From Sporopachydermia quercuum (lineage: Eukaryota), in assembly GCA_001599295.1 (NCBI GenBank), contig BCGN01000006.1, positions 496,001 through 560,000 on the forward strand: a stretch of DNA of 64,000 nt, given 5' to 3'. A program made the position numbers and the translations under genes. Positions 35,727 to 49,500 of this stretch are shown one piece after another. How positions within the stretch are numbered: the stretch's first letter is position 1; every line of letters starts with the position of its first letter. The notes below the pieces were generated by a model that did not search any database, was not told the DNA's origin, and saw only the letters and a program-made list of their open reading frames with translations.

Positions 35727-37151
<1,425 letters not shown>

Positions 37152-37533
37152 AGCAAAGTATATGAATTATCTATACTAATAACGAATTGCATTGATGAGA
37201 TGCTATGCTGCAAATTGATGAACACATTGTAATTGTTGCTTATGATGATAATTAGTAAAGTTATTGGTTAGATCAATGATGAATCGATGATACTCTTTGA
37301 TATGGTTTGATACAATACATTTGTTCCTTTTACGATTAAGTTAGCTGTAGAGAGAGATATGTAACTAGTATTAGGAAATATAAACATTTGCTTTTCGAAT
37401 TTACTACGTTGATCATTCTGAATTTATCATATCTAATTTTCGTTGCATTCGCCTATACAAGCAAGTCCATATTAGACAGGTGTGATAAGTTTTATGAAAT
37501 CTTCCGAGCGATAAATGCATTAAGACAAAGACA

Positions 37534-39100
37534 GATGTCTGAAATTAAAAATGGAACAGTAAGGAATAAGGTATTCAATACGATTATTGAATTCGAAGAA
37601 AATGGACAATGTAGCCTGATTTTCCTAGATCGATTGCTTAGGTTTAGAGGAAATAGAATTCGAGACAGAAAACTCAGTCCACAATATGTCAAAACTTCAG
37701 CTTCTAGAAACCTTTAAAATTTGACATGGAAGAAATGGACCATGAATTCCTAATTAGGCAGTACCAACTACTTTTAGTTTCCACTTGGAAAAGCTGTTGG
37801 GAATTAAAGTTCATGGAAGACTAATAAACAAAAAATGCTACCTAATTAGGTAATTCATTCCCCAAGGTGGAGGCTTGAAATTGGATGTCGTAAGATAGGG
37901 AATATGAATTTTGTAAAAGAAAATTAGGTCATTATTCATTCAAAATTATCCTGGAACTTGTAGTAAACCAATGATACAATTGAAATGGAAACCATCTATT
38001 TATCAGAATTGATGGAGAAAAAGGTATGATGCATCATTAATAATTATTAATTACTGATATCACTGTTTTTCAAAGGTCATAGTAGATCAGAAGATAACGT
38101 ACACAAGCAAAGCCTCAACATTTGATTTTATTATTGGTTGACTGACACCAGGGGAAAACAATGAAAATATAATCAAGTAATTGTTCTAGAAGTCGGTGCT
38201 ACCGACAACAAGTCAGGTCAGAGTTCAGATCTGTTTTAACTTTAATAATGATTACTGAGTGATNAATGGGTACATAGTCAAAGCCAACTATGTTTGCCGA
38301 CAAACTAGAGTAACCAATTTTTGCAATCATAAATTAAAACTTAATTATAATTGCTTCATGTGCCAAAATAATACTTGAAATTGAAGATTTATTATGTTGA
38401 GATGATAGAATGGTGTCAAACCATTGTTTGTTCGATTGGTGGTGTCACTATTACGAACAACTGGCTCCATCCTAAGATGTTCTTCCACCATTTTGATCAA
38501 ACTTTATTGGACCTGTTAATGCTTTCAGTGAAATCTTGAAAGAGCTATGTGACTTTTATTAACCAATCGCAGTATTTACTATTTATTTGGCTATAAAGTT
38601 TCTTGTTTGATTTGAGCGGGATTGTGACATATGAAGTGCACCATCTCTTGACAATGAGCTCTTATCTCTTTACCATACGTTTCAACTTTTGAGTTAATCC
38701 TTGAGCTGTAATTTCATTCAAATATGTAGGGTCGCAGGATTATATTGAATGATCAATCACTCATTGATTTGAGACTAACAAAGTGATTTGAGTTTCTGTC
38801 GGAGATAAATTTGATCACTTGAAACAATTAAACCTGATTGTTGTCAAAGTTAATTAACAATCGAATACGTTAAGATATCAATTGATACAAGAGAAGTTGG
38901 CCTCCTAGGAACCTGGAACACTTTGACTAAAAAACAAAGAATAAATGATTTTCAAGAATCACCAAGACAAGACATAAACGGTGTTTGTGAGATAAATCAA
39001 GGTGCGTTCATAATTCTTTGAGAAAAGAAAACTGGCTGGTTCAATTGATAAGGGTGCTAAAAAGAAAGACTAATCATATTGTTGTTGAAGCTAAATTTTG
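37534..39100 (+). mobile_element. Highly degenerate coding relic, tentatively a Crypton (tyrosine-recombinase, Ndc10/Gcr1-like) element
   Basis: Stop- and frameshift-riddled fragments with Crypton-like motifs in the expected order: FL..LL.FRGN (37646), KTNK (37817), YD (38025), KITY (38091), LFDWW (38428), NAFSEILKEL (38518), FFEKRK (39014). Eye-level similarity only. Confidence 0.35.
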
Positions 39101-40318
39101 ATCAAAACGCAACTTGGGGTGCGTTTCAGATAGTTAACCATAGAAGACAATAGAGGAGGATAAGTCAAGAATACACTTAGTTATGTTGCTTTTAACTTTT
39201 TTGGGGTTCTCGGAACTTAAATTAAGTTACTAGTATCTAAAGATTTTAATACTGTCCGAGAACTTAATTTGTGTACTTATGTTTTGTATGTCCGACTATG
39301 TACAGAAATGAATCCCTATGTACGTCGCGTACTGAAATAAGTTACTGGACACGAAGACTAAACTCAAATACTAAATGGGTAATCAAATAAAAACTTTAAC
39401 TTGATTTACTTCTTGTTTTGATTAGAGTTTCGATTGTATTTAATGTAAGGATCGAAGTAACGTCTTCTTATGGATTGCTTTCTGGTACTCTTTTGGTATT
39501 CAGATCACAATTCTCAATCGATGTTCAACAAATCAGGCTAANACTTTAGATGTAACCTTTTAAGTGGGTACTCCAACTTTATTTCTATGAATGTTAGTTA
39601 CCTACTCAAATCTATTTTTTTTTATAACTAATACGAAATAATCGAACGCCAAAAAAANTTCTGCCCCTGTACTATTAGATAATTGTTTAATTTTGTTGTG
39701 TTTTCTTTTAATGAAGCCGCCATAGATATACTTTTTATGTTCAACGAGCTAGGCAGCTATTCAAGTAATTAGTGGTAGAACTGAAGATTTCAATGATATC
39801 TCTTTTTTTTCCTTCCTTTTTGTTTCCTATCTCTTTCAAAACTAGTATGTATGGGTTTCTATCATACATATTGTATATCTAAATCTTTACCCACATAAAA
39901 TTTTCGAACACTGGTTGAACCACAATGGTAGAAAAAAGTTGCTTCATTTAAGATTTTGGTTCTTTTCAATAAAGATTTTATTATAATACCTCTTTGGATA
40001 AGTACCGGTTTCCAGACGTTTCTAACTGGAATCAAGGAATTAAGCTAATACTTCTTCTTTTATTAAGAAGAAGTGAAATATCGGATTTATTTTTCAATTT
40101 GGTAGATGTATCGCTATTTTTTTATTGTCTACATATTTCTGGTAAGAAAAATCAAAATAGAGCTAAAGTGCTTTGAAGTTTGAGGTTTACACATGGTAGC
40201 TGTTGAAACTGATATCTAAAATGAGTGAATGGTCAAACAAATAATAGAATGGGAAAAAGTTTGATGAAATCCTATCTGAAACCACGTTTGTCTTGTGATT
40301 CATGGTTTATCAATTGGA

Positions 40319-40358
40319 AAAGAATCCCGAATTGACGAAGAATCCCGAATTGACGAAG
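40319..40358. repeat. 18-bp tandem duplication (AAGAATCCCGAATTGACG x2)
   Basis: Direct reading. Confidence 0.85.
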
Positions 40359-43300
40359 CTGAAGAACCTATCAAAGCCAGATATGTAAGACAAAAGACGT
40401 TTGCTATAAAAAAGTATAAAAGGGTAAACTACAAACTTCGTTTTACCTCAGAAGTGTGTTGCATGCATAATAGTATCAAAAGTTTCACTTTGATTATACT
40501 GGGAGAAATATATCGTTGTTAGGATATGAGTCTTTTTCCACATTGAGCAATAACTAGTAATATCCCAGTATAACAAATAAATATTAGTCCTATGTTCAGT
40601 TATCACCAATTCCCTGTTTGAACTGAGATTGAGACATATAAAACTTACAATATGAGCTGGATAAGCCCACTTTGTCAAGTTCAATGGATTTTTTCTTGAG
40701 ATTCTTTGTGCTTCAATATCAAGGCATTCTATCATNTGAAGTACTGCAGGTTAAATTGAAGAAAATAGACAGATTGAAAGATCATTGGGGAACATCCTTC
40801 ACTTATCTTCCTTGAGAACCAAGATCGATAACGGATCTTTTGATTTAATTAATCACTTTACAGAATGACAAACGAGGTGGTAGCCTGAGCAATCTTGAGA
40901 GAAAAGGGAATGTCACTGGATCACTTTGATTTGAAAGTTTCATGATTTTTGTTATTCAGTGCTTTCATTGCTTTTCTCATATAATAAAAAGTTATGATTG
41001 TGGAAATAAAGAGGAAAGACTTCATTGTATTAAGGTCTGAGGAAATACCCCAGAAAATGTTAGAATTTCATTTCATGAGCACTACAACGGATTGCCTAAA
41101 GCGGTAATACCATGTTTCACTTATAGTCAAATATTTATCGCCTTAAAAGGCATATGAGTCATTTGCCTGCCTTCTTTTGGTTCATAGGTCTAACTAATAA
41201 AGGAAACAGTACCTTGGCCGAGAAAACAAGTAGTTCCATCAAATAAGAGAAAATCAAAACTACTACAACTAATTTCTCTTTGTCTTTAGAATCGAAGTAA
41301 GAATGAGAGATTCTGGTATTTTGGTAGTTTTCACAATTGTTGAACAGATAAATCAGGAGATTTCATCATCTTATTCGTGGTCCGCGTCAGAGATGAAGTT
41401 CACTTAATATTATTGCTCCTATTTCATCAGTGTTTTTTAATTAAATTTTTTCTCTTTTTACAATTTCTTATATCTGTCAGCCTATACTCTTTCAACTAGT
41501 GAGTCTATATCAAACCTGGAGCAAAGTGATTCCTCAAAAAGGAAGAACTTATAAGCATCGAGAATTGTATGTAGTTTCATTTATTTACAAATATAGTTCA
41601 GGTTTATCGGTAACGATTAGTGATGATATACTAATCCTTAATCTTAAAACTGATGTTACCATAGCGGGTAAAAGATATGTTAATTTTTTCCTACTATGTA
41701 TTTTCTCAACTTTCTGAGACATACAATAATCCATCTTGAGAATAATAAGNAATCAGGCTTCCTTTTTTCACTTACAAATGTCTCAAAAAAACGCTCAAAG
41801 TAATTCTGAAGCAACGGTTACCTAATCGAGCTATTTAACCAGTACAAATTAGTAGTTAACCAGGTGCAAGTCTTACCAAGTAATCGTTGCTATTTACATT
41901 TCTTCTTTTCTACAAAAAGAAAGCTTCAAGCACTTTTAGGCGCCTGATGCTTGTGGGACATTCATATTCATCTCTTACCTTTATTTATTAGAAGAAAAAT
42001 TTGTGTTGAATTTGTTGACCGATTTCGTGGTCTCACGTGAAGAGATATGATAAATATTCTACGAAGGCGAAGACTTAGTCTCAGATGAAAGAAAAATTAT
42101 CAATACTATTAATCCGAGATGGTCTGAAATAAATTGCTATAAAAAAGCTAATCACTGAGTGTAACTTCTATTTCAATGCTTCTAGAAAATGATGAAACGA
42201 AACAAATTAAAATAATAAAAGTGAAAACACGTCTGTCTTATGTTCATGGTGATAGATACGTTATCNGTGAAGAATCAATGTTCATTTTATATTTTATCAT
42301 GGTAATGAGTGCGATGTATAGAGTACTGATTGTGATTTTATTTCATGGTATTGTACCAAAATACAACAAAACTTAAAAACAAATAAACAAAAACGAACCG
42401 CTGATGCATAAACTGAGGTAAATGTTGATTTTTGATCAGAAAAGTATATTTTGTTGCTAGAAATCAGTGAGCTGAAAATAAAATTCATACTCATTGATTG
42501 ACATTGACTATGTGGTCCATAAATCATTACTCCGTTGTTGGTCACGTGAATTTGGTCAGGGAATCTTTTCTGAACCATACTGGATAATGCAATGTTTATT
42601 TGGTAGGGAGTGAAAATGGAAGAAATAGATCTTCAATTCCAGTTAATACAGAAACTTGTGGACTTGTTTTGTAATCTTGAATTCAAAATTCAAATCTCAA
42701 TTGTGAGTTTATAATGCTTAGTAATACTTGGAATATAATATTCTGTCTGACAAGTAGTAACCTCCTTGAGGAGGAAAAGTACAGAAATGAAAAATCATTC
42801 CGTCCAATCAATTTGAACACCGAAATATCTTATAGTTTAAGATTGAAACAAAGTTTCAAACACCTTCTTTCACAATGTTTGTAATTGTGACAAGAGTATA
42901 TTGTGTCTGATTTTGTTTGAATGGATCCAGCGGAAATAGTGAAACTCAAATGGCAATAGATTATAGTATCTTAAATGCCATTTCTCTGCACTAACATAAA
43001 GCCGGTCAACCACTCTGACTCTAGACTAAGCTTCGCCTCTAGTGCTTAACGACTTAAATATGGAGCATTCTTAAAGTGTGGTTTATACCGCCAAAACTTT
43101 CTAATTAGTTTTATGTATTCATCTAGAAACTGCTTCATCTGTCTTTCTTTTGTGTATATCTTCCAACTATTTTTTCGTCCCTCTTGTCGGGGGATTGTCT
43201 ACTTTCCCCTTTACCTTATCTGTACAGGTAAAAGTTTTCCATCAACGCTCATTCGCCGATAGCTGAACAATAGCATAAAATGATCCCATATTTTGCGTTT

Positions 43301-44636
43301 TCATTGACCTCTTTCAAATCTAACTTACTTTGTCCTGCTGCTAATTTTTCGTAAATATTGGACATTGAAAAGTAACTTTCCTCCGTAATACCATATTTTA
43401 TGGGGTTCTTGAAAAATACCCTTCCGGCAACCTTATGTTTAAGTTAAGAGATTTTCTCGAAATTTTCTCGGAATAACTTAACTTTACGAAGAGAAAATGT
43501 GTCAATAAAATCTATGGGACAATACTTCCACTATATGAATGACCCATAGGTTTACGCAAGTTTTATGTATGGATTGGTGCATCGTTGACTATCTATTGAG
43601 AGCAGTGGACTTCAACCAATCATATATATATAATGAGAACAAAAATAACCAGAACTTAAACAGATACAAAAAAAGAATTTTCTCTTATTTTCCTTTGGTT
43701 GTGCCTGTGGTTTGTCTTTGGGTCTGGTTTGTCTCTGGTTGTCCAGAATTTGATGCGAATAATCAAAATCTAAAGGCCATTTGATTACATCATCATCATT
43801 TATAGCAATAACTAACTTCTCCAACTTACTGCTTTTAAGGTTGATAGCACTTACTCCCATTCGTGACTCTTCAATATTTTACGACCTTCTTCTTTGTTTG
43901 ACCTCATTCGTAACTCAATATTTTATTAGCTTCCTCTTTGAATGAAACACTTGAAACTCTATACANTTTAAAACTACAAGTTCCTNTTAAATCAGGCTAG
44001 CATTGCCTTACTTTTTCGATTAACATACGATCGCTCTACATGTTTCCTTTAAATCTTCTATATCAAAGTTAACCTGATCTACGTAAACAATTCAAAAATA
44101 ATGCTTATAATAGAGTTAGAATATAATTAATTGCTGAGATACTCTTCAAACCACAGTTTGAAAGAAAGTCAGTCCAATCTATATGCTTTCATTTAGCGAT
44201 AGAAGAAGGAACGTATGCAAAACTCCAATTGCTGTTACTTCCTTCTTTTTATATAGGAATAGTAAGTAGTACGGGTGAGCTAACATTGAAATTCTCACTT
44301 ATCATCTTCGTTTTCGATGACGCTTTACATTTTTGCTATAAACGAGGTCTGGGGAAATATTGTAAAAGAAAGCACTTTTCATCAAGATCGAGCACTCTCA
44401 TTCATCACTTTCAGCTATTGTTTCCAATATGCAGCAATCTCCTACAATAGCGTTGTATAATAGCATAATAATATTAAAGAAATCTATAATAACCCAGCCG
44501 TAAATATAAAAGCCTTACTCCAATTTGTTTTGTTAATGGAGACGAACGAAATAAAAAAAATATGAAGAATACATTTCATGTCATGGAAAGAGATAGGTGC
44601 TAACGACATTTATTCGAATGCGAAAATCTGAATTTT

Positions 44637-46577
44637 CTAAAAGTGAATAAATTGATCATGAGCTTCATTACCAAAACGAACTTCGGTTTGTCGATATTCA
44701 GCGTTTAGTTTATCCGAAAACTTTCTGTAAACGCTTGAATCGAAATAATCATTTCCATCTACATTACCAAGCTTTGAGCCATAGTCTGAACCATTAGTAG
44801 ATTTGTTATTCATATAATCCATAATTGGGGAGTAGAAAGTTTCAGGTGATTCTTGGAACGTACTTTGAGCAGAGAATGTAGTAGAAGCATAATCACTGAC
44901 ACTATTTGGTGATCGGAAACCAAGATCAGCAGAATTATCAACAGTGTTTGGATATGTCAGGTTATGAGTGTTGATGAGATCGTGGAATGATGCATTAACA
45001 TCAGCAGACCATGAATCAGTGTAAGCATAATCATCAGTGGTAGTAGAGGTAACGTTACCAATACTAGTGTAACAATTATACTCATTATCAATCTCATGTC
45101 CAAATCTTACTTCTGGTGTGTAAGGGACAGACAAATTGCTAACAGGAATATCAAGTAAGCTTTCGCTTTGACTTCTGTGCAATTCACCTTTATGACATGA
45201 AGAGCAAACACTCTTTGCACTATTGACTTTGAAGCCGTTTCTTGATAATGAGCGTGTGTGAGAATGAGCGTATGGATAAGTATTGGCAGGAGTAACTGGG
45301 CCTCTGGAAAGAATGTTCCTATAAGCAGGAGGAACGATACCATTTGTATCGTTGAATCTTGAAGATGAATAGCTTGAACAAATATCACTGATATTTTCAT
45401 TAGTCAAACTGCAAAGACTTGCAGATGAGTTCCTTGTAATAATACTAGGACTGTTTGATCTAAAAGGTGTAGTTGGTGGTACAATTTGATTATGTGTGGT
45501 TCTGATGCTAGGTGTGCTAATGGCATTGCTTCTCTTGTCAATTCTGTTCTTACTCATAGGAGTTAATGGGAATGGAGGAGGTCTTCTCGAAGTGAAGATA
45601 GGTGATTGGAGATCCATCTTAGGAGTAACAGGTTCAGAAGGAATAGTAGAATCGCTACTATCACTGCTATTCTTCAGTTGAATAGGAGATTCTAAACCAA
45701 AGAATGATGATTTTTTGATGATTTCATCATCTTCTTCAGGAGTCATGAAAGAAAAGACAGTTGCTGACAAATCAATAGTTGAAGAGCAATTACTAGTACT
45801 TACCGGTTCATTCGGAATGATTAAAAACACTGGGTATACTTGAGTTGTGTAGATAGGGTTATTGATATTTTCACTAGCAATAAGCTCGGAGCATAATTCG
45901 CCATAAGCTTTAGGAGTTAAGCCAGTAACTGATTTGAAGACTCTGTGAAAATGCCATGGAGATAATTTAGTTTTGGCTGCCAACTTCTTGAAACCAAGAA
46001 CACCACCATTCCTTCTCTTCTTCTTGTCTGAAGAAAGAGTAGATGTTTGTGAGTTCGGTGAAAATTCATTACAGCAGCTGATATTATACTCAACAGGCTT
46101 AAGAGCAGTCACTGCTGCGGCTGCAGCAATGTGTCGACAAGCATAATCAACTAGTCTAACGTGGTCAGAATCATTCCTCCTGTTAGAAGGAGAGATATCA
46201 GAAGCTGGATTGGTTGTAGTAAGTTCATCAGCAGATGTGTAGTCTAAGGAGGATACCAAGTCGCTTATTTTACATTGGAAGCCGATCTTTTCGTTTGCTT
46301 TTCTTGCAATTTCTAGAACAAGCAAAGTACTAATACTTGGAGAGGTATTTGGAGAACATTCAGAGCAATGAATAAAACCAAGTTCTTCAGCTTCTTGACA
46401 GGTATCAACGAAAGTGATGTTTGATCTTTTCAAAGAAGAAGGGGTTGCTTCACAGTCAGGTCTGCAGTATTTTCTTGTCTCATTATGACAGACAATGAAT
46501 TGACCAGCAGATAGAGGATCTCTAAACTGCAGTGACTTCCACCTAGCTTCCTCTGATATGTATAAGGAAGATAACAT
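44637..46577 (-). CDS. Ada-type metal-binding domain plus AraC-type HTH protein (fungal Ada/methylphosphotriester-repair-like regulator), ~646 aa
   Basis: RWKSLQFRD...YCRPDC...GFIHCSECSP aligns with the E. coli N-Ada RWQSVLARD...FCRPSC...GFRPCKRCQP; VDYACRHI and LAAKTKLSPWHFHRVFKSVTGLTPKAY match the Ada HTH. Long Ser/Pro/Thr-rich tail. ATG at 46577. Confidence 0.88.
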   Translation of the reverse strand: MLSSLYISEEARWKSLQFRDPLSAGQFIVCHNETRKYCRPDCEATPSSLKRSNITFVDTCQEAEELGFIHCSECSPNTSPSISTLLVLEIARKANEKIGFQCKISDLVSSLDYTSADELTTTNPASDISPSNRRNDSDHVRLVDYACRHIAAAAAVTALKPVEYNISCCNEFSPNSQTSTLSSDKKKRRNGGVLGFKKLAAKTKLSPWHFHRVFKSVTGLTPKAYGELCSELIASENINNPIYTTQVYPVFLIIPNEPVSTSNCSSTIDLSATVFSFMTPEEDDEIIKKSSFFGLESPIQLKNSSDSSDSTIPSEPVTPKMDLQSPIFTSRRPPPFPLTPMSKNRIDKRSNAISTPSIRTTHNQIVPPTTPFRSNSPSIITRNSSASLCSLTNENISDICSSYSSSRFNDTNGIVPPAYRNILSRGPVTPANTYPYAHSHTRSLSRNGFKVNSAKSVCSSCHKGELHRSQSESLLDIPVSNLSVPYTPEVRFGHEIDNEYNCYTSIGNVTSTTTDDYAYTDSWSADVNASFHDLINTHNLTYPNTVDNSADLGFRSPNSVSDYASTTFSAQSTFQESPETFYSPIMDYMNNKSTNGSDYGSKLGNVDGNDYFDSSVYRKFSDKLNAEYRQTEVRFGNEAHDQFIHF

Positions 46578-49500
46578 TGTGAAAATGTTATTCTCGATCT
46601 TTTTTTGTTTATAACGATACAAAAAATTGCAAGCTTTTCCGTTTCACTGAAGCTGAATTTTTTTTTCAGTATTTGATTATACTATGATAGTGTAATGCAA
46701 AATGGAGATGGTAACAATAGGAAATGAATGAATAGTATCGTTCAAATGAGTGGTAGTAGTTGTGTATGAATTTTATAAATTCAGAAGAATTACGACAATG
46801 GAGATTCAACTTGGTTTGACTTTGACCAGGCATTTGAAGGATATATATATTATTTCTGAAGTTTCTCCACGATTGTTTGACAAAAACCTTTAACTTTTTC
46901 TCGAACAAACGTTAATCTTACCACCCATTTCATTTAGAATTTCCATAGGTCCTTTTTGGGACTGAGGAACACTTAGCAACAGTGATCGAATCTTCTAATG
47001 AAATCACTAAGTGTCGATAAATAGGAAACTTTATCTAGCTTAACTTTACTTTAAGGTTGTATGTCTATTAACGTTTTTTAGTTACCTTGTCCAGAGGTAT
47101 TATTCGGATATTCTTCGTTTCTCGATTGTTCAAACCTTTTCCCAATTTAAAAATCGTAAGGCCATTGGATTACCTAATACGGCTTGGGCTGTACTAAAAT
47201 GGATTTTCATATAGAGTCATTTACTTAATGAGGTAATCACTTTTAAAAAAGTATAATCAATGGAACAATTGACCCTGAGTTGTTGGAACTTCCACTATAT
47301 ACATAAGTATACATAATAATTTTTGTGTATAAGTTTACGTATCATCTATCATGAAAGCTAATTAAATGTATGCATAAAGAATTAGTGGACAAAACTGTAC
47401 CTAATCAAGCCTCCTTCTATATTTATATCTCAATTCAGTTGTAATTGTTGCTGTTCCTGATCATGTGGACGGTAGAAAAAGTTCTACATCTCTTTTAACA
47501 CCACTCAAGTGAAATATTGAACTATGACATGATTACGGTGCCTGCAAATCTCACCCAACCTTCCTCATTTTGAGCTCGATATTATCTTCATCTTCCCTAA
47601 GCCTACAGTCCTATATTGGATGAATCAACTTACTCGAACCTACTAGAAAAGAGCTGGTTAGCTTATTTCAAAAAAGAAAAAGGAAACCAGATAATCATAT
47701 CATATAGCATGAACTTAAATGCTAGTCTTACATTGTAAGAAGAAAGTGTAGAATCCAGCAGCTACTACTTACTTAAATGAAACGATGAAAAGAGTTCACA
47801 GGCTAGTAGCTTTCAAAACTGTTCACTATACAGTGTATATCGAAGTAAATATTATAAATTTTCTAGTAATTGGCTGCCAACTAGCTTAATAGGAGTGGTA
47901 TTACATATTACTCATTGTGATGGAAAATATCACTTTGTTCCATAGAAAAGAGGTACATACATTTGTAGAAGTCTGGAAAAAGGTATTTTGGGTCTTCTTA
48001 ATTAGAAGAGAAGCCGACGTCTCATTTTGGGAGGTTTTATTGCCTGAATTACAGTTTGGGTAATGCTAGGCAAACCGGACTATGAAATATCAGTAACACT
48101 TCCTTATTTGGTAGAAGGCTTTTAAAGAACTAGATCAAATTACACTGTAATTTGATCTAAGACATATTGAAAAGTTTAATTAGCATGCAATAATATGCAG
48201 ATCTGGAGGTTAGAGGTCACAGGAATTGATTGAAGATTAAAATGGATTAAAAGAATTTGTGGCTTAAATTAATAGAAAGTTTATTACATTTCCATACATT
48301 CTTGGAAAAACTGTGACAAGACTTTAAAACAGAGTTTTAAAGAGAAGGGAATAAGGAACAACAGAGCAAAGAAAATCAATCAATTGAGTATGTACATAAG
48401 GACACATTAAGAGTTCTGGAATGTTAGATTGAAAAAAATCTTACATCTATTATATTAATTTCTTATGATTTACAATCACATTCGTTATACCAGCATACCC
48501 GTTTGTTCCTCCTACTTCAAACTATTTGTACTACTGATTTAAGTGAAAAACCCAAGCGTTGTTATTAAGGTTTTGTTCTTTCTAAATTGGTCCTAATTAT
48601 ATTGTTCTACCTTTCCCTACATAAAGCTCATTATTCTGAAAAGTTTATCAAAATGTCCTTATTTCCTACTTGGGAAGGACATTGCATTAACTGTCTTTAA
48701 AGGTTTGTCCCTTTTCTTACTTTAATTTGTCGTGTATTCCAATCTCAATTTCATTACCCAAAAAGGTAGCACATTCATGGAACTTTAATTTGGTAAGTTA
48801 ACGGTTTAAAGCTCCGATTTATCAGCTAAAATGGCGGCGGCTAAGTATTGGAGTTTGGAAAGTGGGTAAAACTAGTAATCTCAAATGGGCAACCCTCAGT
48901 TGTTTCCGCTGATATCATTAACTTTCTTTCAGCCTCTAGTTCAAGTTACAGATAAATTGAATCAAAGATTAATCTCATTAATTGGATCTCATTCACAAGC
49001 CTCCTAATTCATTATTTGTCTATTAAAACAGTTTATGGTTTTCTCGACTAAGCCCCAGCTCTCACCACTTCTCAGTATACAAACTTTATGACTGATAATC
49101 AAGCACGTAATCAAGCGCAGAATACTGAATCTTAATACCGTTTTAGGAAATTCAGAATCCGACACCTTAGTCCGGTTGAGTCAATTTTATCTGAGTCGTT
49201 GCAATCCACTAACTTTATTTACTAAACGGGTAATCAAATTGATTTTGCACAAGGAGAGCTTCACAATGTGTATTGTAAAATATTGTTTCATAATAGTTGC
49301 ATAGAAACTATTTTCAGGTACTTCCTCATCCTACAAAGTGTAATCAATAAATCGTTGATAACTTGATCCTAATATTAAATAAAGTCCTCAGTTTTTTCTC
49401 TTTTCTNATGTTTAAGTCGGGTTCGTTTGGTCTTACTATTTCTTTGATTCTGCATTCTTCTTGTTTAAGATTGTGAGAAAAATACATCTGAGGTGAGAGT

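Noticed and set aside
42570..42610. CTGAACCATACTGGATAATGC...GGTAGGGA, resembling the 3' half of a TPP aptamer
   Set aside because: The P5 stem cannot form, the TGAT junction and CTGAGA motif are missing, and there is no host gene.
42033..42650. Point centromere (CDEI-like TCACGTGA boxes)
   Set aside because: No very AT-rich CDEII or CDEIII consensus follows either box, and the lineage appears to be outside Saccharomycetaceae.
47630..47645. B-box-like GGTTCGAGT on the minus strand (tRNA?)
   Set aside because: No cloverleaf or A box. I recognised no tRNA gene anywhere in the window.
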